DNA of 63,998 nt, filler included, from Stramenopiles sp. TOSAG23-3 (GCA_900128585.1; 3 parts of 3 records of this genome joined end to end with filler, not necessarily neighbours in it); one strand, 5' to 3'; positions 33,364 to 43,648 are shown, counted from the whole stretch's first letter. Numbers and translations: made by a program. Notes: a model not told the origin generated them from the sequence alone.

Positions 33364-34259
33364 CGTTGCAATCTTCTCTCTCTCTCTTCTTATGTGTAGA
33401 GCAGTAAATGTATTTTTGTTAATCTTTAGAAAACTTCTCTTCTGTTAACCGGCGTTTGATTTTGCATTGCTTATTCCTTAACTGCTTCGAATTTATCAAT
33501 TCACACACGCGAAGTATACATCTATACATCAATGTTCGAAGTACAACAAAAATTTAAGATCATTATTTTATTAGAAGTAGTACTTTTAGTATAAGTTGTT
33601 TTTATTTTTATTATAATTCTTTTTTTTTCCTTCATATTATTCGTATGTTGTTATTATTTATTATATTATATTTGATGATGAGGATAGCAGCTTTTATCAT
33701 CATCGTATACTACGACGTATATTTTTCACTTTATGTTAGCTTATACCAGGTATAAGGAAAAAATACAAAAAAAAACAAACAAAAATCACATATATTATTA
33801 TTATTAATTTTATTATTATAGATTTAGCTGGAATAGAATAGAATAAAATAATATTATAAATATAAGGAGGAAAGAATATGTAAAATAATTCTATTATTTT
33901 ACATTGTAATAGTCGTCTAATTAAATTATAGACCTAATATTATGAGAGTAAAAATGATTCATTGTTATCAACTTTTCTTGACTCCTATTTCCACTTCTTA
34001 AAAAATATATTAATAATTTAGAGGAGAGAAAGAAGGTTACAATATACGAGGAGTACGAACAAGGCGGAACGCATCCGAACTGATTATTTTTTAGTAAATT
34101 AAATTACGAGAAAGAAATACAATATTTATTAGTACATAGCTCAGACTAGTAATGAAGTAAAACGAACGATAGTATAGAGAGAAGAAATATTTTTTTTTGA
34201 AAGATACTCACGTTGTATTTACATTTTTAGTTATTTACCAAAATTTGAAATTTGAATTT

Positions 34260-35126
34260 TTACAGATTTTTTTTTCTTACAAGGCAATGAGCGATAGACA
34301 ATGGTATTTTAAATATTGGCCATTTGCCCTTGGATTCGTCCATGTCTGCGTTCAGAATAGGATTTAACGTTGGGTCTGAGGATTCGTTGTGGCTTGCGCA
34401 TGCAATAATGACTACCCACGGGTACATCAGGGAGTACACGATTGCGTTCACGAAAAAGTTGGGGTAAAAGTAAGTGAAAGCTGTGATCGGGGTGCCGAAG
34501 CCAGCGTAGAAAGCAAAATTCGTCTCGATCGCACGAACTCTCCGCAAAATCCCGACTCCCTGCAATTTCCACTTCGTATTGAAGGCACAAAACGCCATTA
34601 TCCATGTCCAAAACAAAAAACTGCAAGGATAAAATACCCAAAGCAATGGGGACACGTATGGGGCGAGAGCGACCAGGAGGTCGATTACGGCCGCGACAAT
34701 CATGCAAACGGCCACGAAGATGGATTCAAATATAACATCTGCCAATACCCTGGCAGCCTCCGAACTAACGTCCTGTTTGATTTTCAGCACGATAAAAGTA
34801 TCTTCTGCGACTTCCGTAACCGCTGACATATTAAGCATTAAGCTGATCACGTACAGTGGTAGCAACCAGAAGCAGTAGTACACGACGCGCGTTATTCCAG
34901 CCAACAGAGTATCAAGCCACCCAAAACTTGCGATCAAGAACTTTGCACTTCGAAACAGTGGGAAGATAAAATACTCAACAACCAATATGCTGCTCAAAAA
35001 TATTAGTCCATTGAACAAAAAGCTTTGCAGCGCATTTTTTCTAACTTTAGAAGACTTCAAGAACACTGGCCAGGCCACGTAGAATGCGATTCCTGTTGAA
35101 ACTCCGTTCAAAAAGTCTGCAAGCAT
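34260..35126 (-). CDS. EI24: EI24 (etoposide-induced 2.4) family membrane protein
   Basis: [50 protein letters not shown] and YSLMYPWVVI match EI24 motifs. Confidence 0.85.
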   Translation of the reverse strand: MLADFLNGVSTGIAFYVAWPVFLKSSKVRKNALQSFLFNGLIFLSSILVVEYFIFPLFRSAKFLIASFGWLDTLLAGITRVVYYCFWLLPLYVISLMLNMSAVTEVAEDTFIVLKIKQDVSSEAARVLADVIFESIFVAVCMIVAAVIDLLVALAPYVSPLLWVFYPCSFLFWTWIMAFCAFNTKWKLQGVGILRRVRAIETNFAFYAGFGTPITAFTYFYPNFFVNAIVYSLMYPWVVIIACASHNESSDPTLNPILNADMDESKGKWPIFKIPLSIAHCLVRKKNL

Positions 35127-36150
35127 GCCGCTCCTATGTATACGTTCAAGCTACAGAAAGGAGAAGAATATTCCCGTTTTTTTTGTGTATGTCGTATCCA
35201 TGTACTTAATCAATGAGACATAGTATCACGAACTATACATTCTTATATACAATTGCTCGTACACCGGCGAGTATGAATGAAACAACAAATAGTCATTGTG
35301 TTTCTCTTCTTCTGTCAAAACATTATCAGTTCGAATTCGATTATTATTATTATTATCAATTATTGATGATGATGAAGAATTTTTTATTTGTATCTATTAT
35401 AATATTAATAAAAAAAAAAAAAATTTTAAATTAAATAAATAATATAGAGACTACTAGTTAGCTATAAAAGAAAAAAGAAGATAGAAGAAGAAGGAAGAAA
35501 GAAAGAAAACAATTATCTCTGCTGTTAGTCCAGTTAGCTGTTCGTTGTTCTTCATTATTTGGTAAATATAAAACTTACAGTATTTTATTTGAATATTTTT
35601 TATCACTTCTTCTTCTCCTCATCAATTGTAATTAATTGTAATATGTATGATGTAAAAATAATAATAGTCGTCTAATAAAATACAACAGGTATTATACGGT
35701 ACTGGTATAAATACACAGAAGGAAAATAAGTGGTTGTATTATATGTAGTATGTTGTTTATTATAATAATATATTTTTTTTCAAAAAAATAATAATAATAA
35801 TAATAATAATGGATTCGGTAATAATAAAAAGAAGTATTATTATTATTACTACAGTATTATTATTATTATTTTCTTCTATTTTTTTTTAATTTTAATAAAA
35901 GAAGAAGAAGCAAATCAAATCACACCACATCTCACACCATCCACACACACACACACACATTATTTTATTCATCTTTTTTTTTAAATGAAATGTTCAGTTT
36001 GATACAGGGGTCTCTTTCTTCATTTTATGAACTGGTATAAGGTTGAAATTGGGGAAATAGTTGTGCGACGCGAGTTGATTACCGTTTGCATTTTTATAGA
36101 GACGACGATTTTTTATATTTCTCTTCCGTCCGGGCTAATTACCAATTACC

Positions 36151-37134
36151 ATGGGAAACGAGCAGTCGGTTGGAGCGTCCCTTGATTCGGTTCAAAACGG
36201 CCTACAGCGCATGGAAAATTCTGCCTTGCGGAGTTCGGCTGGTTCAGAATCGCACTGGTTGGTGTTTTGGCATTTTGGGGGGCATATAGTTAGGGTGTAC
36301 CACGACTTGGTGGGTATTATAGTGATTTTGGACGACAAGGATGACGTTTTCAAGAAGCAGGCGCCTACGCCTGCGGGCTCCTCAAACGCTGAAAGCAGCA
36401 CGGAGAAGAACAAAACGGTCTTTTCCGCCACGGTGGATGGAAAAGAGATTAAATTAGAAGTTGTCAACGAAAGTCCGACGTACAGTATTGGGGGTGTAAC
36501 CCTATTCAACTCGATGTCTCAGTATTCTTACAACCTGTACTACGCCGGGGCCCGTATACCCCACGCGCACGAACGTGCCTCCAGCACCAACTTGCAGCTT
36601 CAGGCGAGTGTTATTGCTGCGGAGTACGTGGGCGGATCGACGAGCCAAAAGTACAAACGTGGCGTTTTTACGGTAGAAGCGAAGTTGTATTTAAGGCACG
36701 AGGTTATAGGAACGAAGACGTCCACTCACCGATTCAATAATTTTTTGGAAATTTCCTCTGACGCGTACGCGTTCTACAGGCCAAGGGCGGCGCTCTACAG
36801 CGCCATCCCATCCTTGCCGTGGCGGATCCCAAAATGGGTTCAATCACAGGGACTGGAAGAGTTAGAAAAGCGACGATCAGCGATACACACGTGGATTCAA
36901 AAAGTCGCGAGTATGCCAGGGGCGTTCATGCTTCCCTCGCTGACCAGGTTTTTGGGGTTTACAGATGGAGAAATGAAGTCCCTCATTGAATACCCAGTTC
37001 CTGGCCAGGCCGTAGAGCCCTCGGGCGAGGCCTCTGCGAACCCTGATTTATCCGCACCGATGCCGGGGAGCATGGCCGGGATTGATGTCGTGGCGGTGAC
37101 GGCTGTGCCGACGGAGGAAGCAGAGTGTGTATAA
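36151..37134 (+). CDS. Myristoylated protein with a FAIM-like beta domain and a PX domain
   Basis: MGNEQS start; HIVRVYH..VILDDKD..VDGKEI..YSYNLYYAG (FAIM-like); HRFNNFLEI...IPSLP...LEKRRSAIHTWIQ...LTRFLG (PX). Confidence 0.7.
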   Translation: MGNEQSVGASLDSVQNGLQRMENSALRSSAGSESHWLVFWHFGGHIVRVYHDLVGIIVILDDKDDVFKKQAPTPAGSSNAESSTEKNKTVFSATVDGKEIKLEVVNESPTYSIGGVTLFNSMSQYSYNLYYAGARIPHAHERASSTNLQLQASVIAAEYVGGSTSQKYKRGVFTVEAKLYLRHEVIGTKTSTHRFNNFLEISSDAYAFYRPRAALYSAIPSLPWRIPKWVQSQGLEELEKRRSAIHTWIQKVASMPGAFMLPSLTRFLGFTDGEMKSLIEYPVPGQAVEPSGEASANPDLSAPMPGSMAGIDVVAVTAVPTEEAECV

Positions 37135-37304
37135 ATTCGCGTTCTAGGTTCTAGGTGCAATCTTTGAGCAATGTGCATAATAATTTTTAATACATATCTA
37201 GTACGATTACTAAAATTAACGTCGTACTTCTTAATATTTAAAAATACACATTTTTGGTTTTTTAAAAATACACTCGCTCCTCTCTCCACACGCTCTCCCT
37301 TCCC

Positions 37305-39239
37305 TCATTTCTTCCCCAATCGATCATGAAGAATGACGGACATGGTGTCCAAATCGGCCATCAAAGTTTGTCGCAAAAGCTCAGACGTCATCATATCGCC
37401 GCCTCTCCTCCAGTTTCGAAACGCCTCGGGGGAATGCATGGTAATGTTCAGCAAAATGCCTGCCTTTTGGTCAAACCGAAGGGATATGGATGGGGGCGAA
37501 CCAAGCCATTTTTTCATCCCCACTGCAGTGTGACGCTCCTGCCATTTCAGCGTCATTATGTCTCCACGCCGATCGAATTCCTCGACTTCCTCGATTATGT
37601 CCTTGTCTTTCAGCCAGAACTTCAAGGATTTTATGCTTATTGGGATATTGCAACCCATGCGGACGTTAATTCCGCCCAAATTTGCGGTCTGCTGCCATTT
37701 GTACGTTTTGATGACCCAGCGGCTCGCGAGCATCCACCCTATCAGAGAGGCAGCAAGAACAACGGGCCCCCACCAGACTTGGTCGTTTAAGCCGGCTGCC
37801 CAGGACGCACCGTCCAAATTCAGGCGATCGAGGGTAGCGAACGCCAGCATCCCTGCACAGATGTACTGGATTATGTTCATGCTGGTGGACGTCCTTTCGG
37901 CACTTTTGTAAAGACGATCTACGCGCTTCGTGGTGATCATAATCTGGTCGTTTAAGCGGACGAGCAGACTATCCCGGACCACCGCACTCATTTCTCTCAG
38001 TGCCCGCAAATTCCGCTGCGCTCCATCTACGTTCCGGTCCAAATCCTCCACTCGGTCCTTAACGTCTTCAAAGAGCATTTGCACGTTTAACAAGTCGAAA
38101 AGCTTCAAGGCCGCCTTCGACGTGTTCGATTCCATGTCTGGCATCTTAATTTTTTTCAAACCGTTTGCCATGCACTCCAAGGCCTCATGCAACCGAATCG
38201 CTACGTGGGACGCCCCGCTCAACCCGTTTCGAATCTCCTGCACCTGAAGCGAGCTGCTTTTGTTCGGGTCACGCTCGTAGACGTCCAAGATTCTGTGCAC
38301 GTTGGTCAAACCATCATTCAACTCAAACAGCCTTTCAAACAGTCCGCCAATAAACATGTTCATTGACTGCAGAAACAGAAACGCGATCAAGATTTCTTCG
38401 TGTTCTCGCACGGAAGCCCCAACCAACAGAATACCTGTTTCGCCAAGGATCAGCAAAAAGTCGTCTTCCAGGTCGTACGCGTCGGAAGTTGCCCCTAAAA
38501 TTTGTCGAAGCTCGTTCTCGTGGTCTTCTCCATCCATGTACTTCTCCGCCAGCATTTTGGGGTTGATGCTGTCTGCCAGGAGAATGGAAAACTTCGGGCG
38601 CTGCATAACATGCCCTCTGTACACAACGTCCAGCACAGAGCGCTGGTAGGGGGACAGCAATGAATCCAGGAGAGACGACGAGTCCATCTGAATGTCTACC
38701 ATCAGGCGCGCCAACAAATCGATCGCCATCTCGTCTTTTACACGGTCCATTATGCTCTCTATTTGCAAGCCACAGATTACTCGACCACTGGAATTTATAG
38801 ACAGCCCAAAATTTTCTATCTGCGTTATTCCCGCACTTTCGGGGTAATCAATTGACGCCTCGCAATTCACATGCCTGTTGTTCAGGTGATCGAGCACCCG
38901 AACAGAGGTTAAGCCTGCGTCTACCGCGCACTGCGTAGCGCATTTTCCATCGTCCAGCTGGGCTGTAAAGTTTCCCCCCTGAACTTTGTCGTCGCTTCCG
39001 AGCCTTGCGTTCAACCCAGCCATCTCGTTGGCCCCAAACGGGATCCATTCCGCCATCAGCATGTGAACATTTTCCAAATGCATCAGCTCCGACAGCTCGT
39101 CCTTGATCGAAGCACACCCGTTGGCTGCGTCCTCCGCCTGATCGGCGTAACTGTGCGGCTCGGGCGCGTACTTGTCAATTCGCAAACACTGCGGAATGTA
39201 CGCGCTACTCACGTACGAAACGTCCTCGGCGTCCGTCAC
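37305..39239 (-). CDS. Membrane protein with CorA-like topology (large soluble domain, long helices, two C-terminal TMs); no in-frame ATG at the 5' end
   Basis: 644-codon frame. A long coiled helix leads into MNIIQYICAGMLAFATLDRL and WWGPVVLAASLIGWMLA; there is no GMN motif. The frame is closed by TAA just upstream with no ATG. Confidence 0.6.
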   Translation of the reverse strand: MTDAEDVSYVSSAYIPQCLRIDKYAPEPHSYADQAEDAANGCASIKDELSELMHLENVHMLMAEWIPFGANEMAGLNARLGSDDKVQGGNFTAQLDDGKCATQCAVDAGLTSVRVLDHLNNRHVNCEASIDYPESAGITQIENFGLSINSSGRVICGLQIESIMDRVKDEMAIDLLARLMVDIQMDSSSLLDSLLSPYQRSVLDVVYRGHVMQRPKFSILLADSINPKMLAEKYMDGEDHENELRQILGATSDAYDLEDDFLLILGETGILLVGASVREHEEILIAFLFLQSMNMFIGGLFERLFELNDGLTNVHRILDVYERDPNKSSSLQVQEIRNGLSGASHVAIRLHEALECMANGLKKIKMPDMESNTSKAALKLFDLLNVQMLFEDVKDRVEDLDRNVDGAQRNLRALREMSAVVRDSLLVRLNDQIMITTKRVDRLYKSAERTSTSMNIIQYICAGMLAFATLDRLNLDGASWAAGLNDQVWWGPVVLAASLIGWMLASRWVIKTYKWQQTANLGGINVRMGCNIPISIKSLKFWLKDKDIIEEVEEFDRRGDIMTLKWQERHTAVGMKKWLGSPPSISLRFDQKAGILLNITMHSPEAFRNWRRGGDMMTSELLRQTLMADLDTMSVILHDRLGKK

Positions 39240-39253
39240 ACCACTTCTTCTAG

Positions 39254-40303
39254 TACAGCTATTTCGGGGAAGTTGGCTTGCTTGTTACCCATGGCCGCCA
39301 CTCAACGACTGTTGTGAGTCTCACCCGCTGCCAATTGAGCACCTTGTCCAAAGAAAATATTCGAACGCTGTGCCAAATCTTTCCCGAGTTTCGCAAATCC
39401 TTTCGCGAAGAAGCGTTGAAGCGAATGAAACGAACTCAGACCTCCCTAGTAAAAGCCAGGCCGGCAAAATGCAGTGAGCATAGACTGATGGTAGAAATTA
39501 TTAAAGCACACGGCGTTGCCCACGACGATGGCGCAAAGACGTATGCAAAATTACAGCTGCACGTACAAGACAAACTCGGCAATTTGAAACCCTTTGGAAC
39601 GTCCCATATGACAACGAAAGCAAGGGGCTCCAGTCCCGAGATTAAATACATTTGCAACATGGTTTTCTTCTGCCACGCAGATTTAGAAATGTCCCAAATC
39701 GTACTTGACATTACGTTTTGGCATACCCATTCGTGGAGAAAAGATACGTACATCGGCAGCGCAAGAATCACACCCGCATCTGCGCAGCCAGGGAAAGTTA
39801 ACTACGAATGGCACTATTTGGAGGATCACCGTCCGGTAACAGAGTGGGACAAGCTGTGGCACATGGTCCAAGAGCAAGGGCCAGTCGGGAAGGACGAGTT
39901 TGACCTTGGGCAAGTGCTGGTGAAAATGGCCAGACACCGGGATGGGTCCGGAGAAATTGCCAGGCTTCGCGCACTCCAATCATTGCGAGAGCTGGCCATG
40001 TTAGAGCATGAACTGGAACGCTTGTATGGGAAATTGGATCCCGACGACGACACGGAGAAGTACCACAAGAACAGGCAGAGAAGCAACACTGCTCTGAACT
40101 TGATGGATGACGATGGGATGGTGGGATTTACTGACACTGTGGGGGGGATGCCAGTTGCCAAAGCGGCCTACATTGTTCAAAAAAGTGTTGATTCGTCTCA
40201 AACCTTGCTAGATAAAGCTCGTCGGCTTTCTGAAACGCTTATGAGAATAAAAGCAAAGCAAGAGACGGAAGAAACGCTTCTAGAGAGAAAAGAGGAGTTA
40301 TGA
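39254..40303 (+). CDS. 3' fragment of a protein with a cyclic-nucleotide-binding domain, a C2 domain and a coiled coil
   Basis: Frame opens after TAG (39251-39253) with YSYFGEVGLLVTHGRHSTTVVSLTRCQLSTLSKE..FPEF, the second half of a cNMP domain. LMVEIIKAHGV..TYAKL..LDITFWH..KDTYIGSARI..EWHYL is a C2 domain. Confidence 0.75.
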   Translation, partial: YSYFGEVGLLVTHGRHSTTVVSLTRCQLSTLSKENIRTLCQIFPEFRKSFREEALKRMKRTQTSLVKARPAKCSEHRLMVEIIKAHGVAHDDGAKTYAKLQLHVQDKLGNLKPFGTSHMTTKARGSSPEIKYICNMVFFCHADLEMSQIVLDITFWHTHSWRKDTYIGSARITPASAQPGKVNYEWHYLEDHRPVTEWDKLWHMVQEQGPVGKDEFDLGQVLVKMARHRDGSGEIARLRALQSLRELAMLEHELERLYGKLDPDDDTEKYHKNRQRSNTALNLMDDDGMVGFTDTVGGMPVAKAAYIVQKSVDSSQTLLDKARRLSETLMRIKAKQETEETLLERKEEL

Positions 40304-41082
40304 GAACGAACCAAGTCAGAGTCGTAATGTCGTTTAAAACTTTTTTTGCAGCTAGATTATATTATTTAATGATTACCCTATTCATAACTCTATTATGCGT
40401 CGTGCAAAAAGTCTTCCTCTTATTGTATTACCTCGTAGTCGTCGGTGTGACCTTCATTCAACTTCCTCATCAAAAGCCTTCGTTGGTAACGTACCATAAT
40501 AAAGGTCCATTTAAAACTACAGCAAGCATTAAAATTTTTAAATACGCAGTGCTATTTATATACGTATATTACTGTATGATACAGTAGTAATACGATCTTT
40601 TTTACGATCTTTTTTTTTTTCCTCCCTCCTTTTTTTTATGGTGGTATCCTCGTACTACTTCGTAATACAGGTACGTAGTCGTCTACCCTAACCCTAACTC
40701 CTCGTACATAATGCTGGTAGAAATTCGAATTAAATCTATTAAGAATTCCATCACACATTTTTACTACTAGGTACTAGGTACCTGTAAAATAGGTACAGGT
40801 GCCATACTCCTCAGTCCTGGTGACTTGGTGTTGTAGTTAGATCCAGTAAAAAATATTAGGCTCCGAGGACATCAACACAAACGTGTTTCTTCTTAGTTGT
40901 TCTTTTCATGCCTTTTCTTTTGGAAAATTAGTTCCATTTCCATACATCGTAAGTTCGTAATTGCACAATCTTAGGAAGTGGAACGAGAACAAAGCACAAC
41001 ACCAACAACAACCAATTTTAAATTTCTTTTGATTCAGCTGCTTCTTACGTTTCTTGTAATCTTGCAGTTCCTAATCGACACT

Positions 41083-43404
41083 ATGTTAAAGAAGTTTCCT
41101 TCCGTGATTTTCAATGGCGCCGTTCGCAGAAGACACCCAACTTTGTTTCTTGAGAAACCTTTGACAAAAAATGCGTTGTTTGCCCAATCCCCCTCTTTTT
41201 GCTCGAAAAAATTCTCGGCGGCAGCTGCAGCGGCCACCTTCGATGCGGACAATACCCTGAGGGTACTGCACCGCGTGCAACAACTACTTGGCCACTCCTT
41301 TCGTTTTCCGCGAGTTGTTATGGTAGGGGACCAAAGTGTTGGGAAGACGTCCGTCGTGGAGTCCATCATAGGGGCTGACATAAGTGTCAAGGATCAAGCA
41401 ATGGCAACACGTCGTCCCCTGCTTTTGACGCTAATAAACATCCCCCACGGTCCCTTATACGCTCAATTTCGGGACGGTGAAAAAATGCATGATTTGAAAG
41501 ATGTAAGGGAACGCATCGAAGCGGAGAACAGCGTCACAGAAGGAGACATTTCCAATTCGCCTATCGAGTTGACAATCTTCGGTTCGCACGTATTTGACAC
41601 CATACTAATCGATTTGCCAGGGTTCATTATGGCCCCGGAAAGGCACCAGGCCTCAGATTTGCCGGAGCAAATCCAAAGGATGAATTTGGGATACTTGAAT
41701 GACCCGCAAAATATACTTGCCGTCGTAAACAGCGCAACTGCAGACCCGGCGACTTCCTTAGCCTTACGGGAAGCCTACAGGGCTGATGCTTCGGGGGATC
41801 GCTCACTTGGTATCGTCACCAAGATTGACTTGTGCTCAAAGAATGCAACGAATGCTGCTGGTCTGCTACGAATGTTAAAAAACGAAACATTGCCCCTTGG
41901 CCTTGGCAGGATTGGGATTCGTTGCAGAACAAACGAAGAGCAAAAGGACAACGTGGACTTCGACACTGTTATTGAGCGCGAAAAAGAGTGGATTGATAGT
42001 TCTGGTTTTACTAAAGATCCAAACGTGCGCTTGGGGGTTCCATTGTTACGTCGCGTTTTGTCGGAAACGCTGATTGAAAAAGTTTCGAGTGAACTACCAG
42101 CAATCATACGAAGACTGGACGTTAAAATAGCAAAAGCAAAAGAAAACGAAGACTTCTTGTCACGGCTGGCTGGTGAAACGAATATGAGAGCAGTTGCAAA
42201 AGAGCTTGAATACTTGGTCAACCAGTTGCACCCGTCCGCAGACGCAAGAGCCGATTTTGAGAAACTGCTTCGGAACGAAATACTGGATAAATGTGACGAA
42301 ATAACAGCAAAGGCATTTTCATACAATTTTGATGAAAACGAACCGATTCCGTACACAAAAGAAACTGAGATGAAAAGCACCGGGGAAGATTTCTGTGCTG
42401 GCCAGGTTTTGGGTAATCTCGATTATGATCCAAATGTAGACCGGGAAGAGTTTCGGAGTAACATATTACGTTACAGAGAAATGTTTGTTTATGGAGGAGA
42501 ATCATCGAATCTTGATGGAATTGAACAGCAAGGACTTGATGAACTCAGGGTTAGAGGTGTTGAAATTGGAGCGATCTCTTCCTATTTCAGGCAGCTAATG
42601 CCAGAGCATCCAAGGCGTGCCCGAAGCGCATGGATGAGGCGACTTAATGGAGCCATAGACGATGTCATCCAAGGGGATTCGACTGCAAACGAAGTTCGAG
42701 GCAAACCCTCTGTAGAGGCGAAGCCCGAGGAACAGGACGCCGACGTCATGACCCCAAGTGCACCTTCCGTGCCCGATCGCCCAGATATGAATACAGAATT
42801 GCCTGGTTTAGTCACCGAATCGTTCGATATATTTATGGATCGGCTGGACACTTTTGCAGAAATGGCCGACTCACGACACACAAAATCTGGCAATAACGAA
42901 AAAAAACTAGCTCGTATGTATTTTGAATTCTTGCTTAAAAAAATAAGCAACAGGATACACGATCAACAGATGCAAAAAGAACTTGTCGGTGTTATCGAAC
43001 GTGAACGGCGTCCCATGTCTGGCTATTTGGAGTTGCAGAACGAAGTTTCCAAATCTTTACGTTACCCAGAAAAAACTTCATTTTTTAACAGTGTTTTCTC
43101 GTCCCAAGAGACTGTGGAAGTTTGTATGTTCAATAAGGAATGGACCGAGGCATACCGTAAAGTACTGGCGCTGCGGATGGGCGATGATATTTTCAGGTTA
43201 ATGGCCGTCCGCTTGCTAGAACCGCTTGTGTTTGAAGCTATTCAATTTAGTCTGAATCTGTTTAACAACAACAGTACTGTTGTTCGTGAAGCAAAAATGG
43301 CGGGGAAAGAAACGAAAGAGTTGATAGAGCTTCGTGACGTTCTCAAGAACACTCTTCAAAGGTACCATAACAAGGAAGCAGAACACAACGACGATGGTGA
43401 ATGA
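41083..43404 (+). CDS. Dynamin-related GTPase with a predicted mitochondrial presequence (candidate MidX-type)
   Basis: G1 PRVVMVGDQSVGKTS; G2 ATRRPL; G3 DLPG; G4 TKID. The N-terminal ~50 aa are basic/hydroxylated and nearly acid-free; no TM segment after ATG 41083. Confidence 0.9.
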   Translation: MLKKFPSVIFNGAVRRRHPTLFLEKPLTKNALFAQSPSFCSKKFSAAAAAATFDADNTLRVLHRVQQLLGHSFRFPRVVMVGDQSVGKTSVVESIIGADISVKDQAMATRRPLLLTLINIPHGPLYAQFRDGEKMHDLKDVRERIEAENSVTEGDISNSPIELTIFGSHVFDTILIDLPGFIMAPERHQASDLPEQIQRMNLGYLNDPQNILAVVNSATADPATSLALREAYRADASGDRSLGIVTKIDLCSKNATNAAGLLRMLKNETLPLGLGRIGIRCRTNEEQKDNVDFDTVIEREKEWIDSSGFTKDPNVRLGVPLLRRVLSETLIEKVSSELPAIIRRLDVKIAKAKENEDFLSRLAGETNMRAVAKELEYLVNQLHPSADARADFEKLLRNEILDKCDEITAKAFSYNFDENEPIPYTKETEMKSTGEDFCAGQVLGNLDYDPNVDREEFRSNILRYREMFVYGGESSNLDGIEQQGLDELRVRGVEIGAISSYFRQLMPEHPRRARSAWMRRLNGAIDDVIQGDSTANEVRGKPSVEAKPEEQDADVMTPSAPSVPDRPDMNTELPGLVTESFDIFMDRLDTFAEMADSRHTKSGNNEKKLARMYFEFLLKKISNRIHDQQMQKELVGVIERERRPMSGYLELQNEVSKSLRYPEKTSFFNSVFSSQETVEVCMFNKEWTEAYRKVLALRMGDDIFRLMAVRLLEPLVFEAIQFSLNLFNNNSTVVREAKMAGKETKELIELRDVLKNTLQRYHNKEAEHNDDGE

Positions 43405-43472
43405 ATTGAGTTATAAAATCCCTACTTTAAATTTAAGACGAAGTAATTACGAAGTATTGATTATATTAACTT

Positions 43473-43648
43473 TTGTACTTATCCGATTTTGTGTCCACAG
43501 GGGTGTGTACCGGTATGTGTGTTAACTTTGTGTGAACTTTTTCTTTTAATTAAAAAACTAGCAGGGAGGTAGTTTTAATTTTTAAAAAGTTCACACACAC
43601 AAACTCCTCCCCCCTCTGGACACAAAATCGGATACTTTAAAAGTACAA
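43473..43648. mobile_element. ~175-nt foldback (MITE-like or hairpin RNA precursor)
   Basis: Nested inverted arms: ttgtactt/aagtacaa; tatccgattttgtgtcca (43480-43497)/tggacacaaaatcggata (43617-43634); tgtgtgaacttttt/aaaaagttcacaca; aaaacta/tagtttt. Confidence 0.6.

Noticed and set aside
40686-40697. CCCTAACCCTAA telomere-like repeat (also TTAGGG at the window end)
   Set aside because: Only one or two units; not evidence of a telomere.
40978-41082. Hydrophobic N-terminal extension of the dynamin ORF
   Set aside because: Begins at GTG and overlaps a likely 5'-UTR intron (GTAAGT 40949 to TTGCAG 41067); ATG 41083 is the plausible start.
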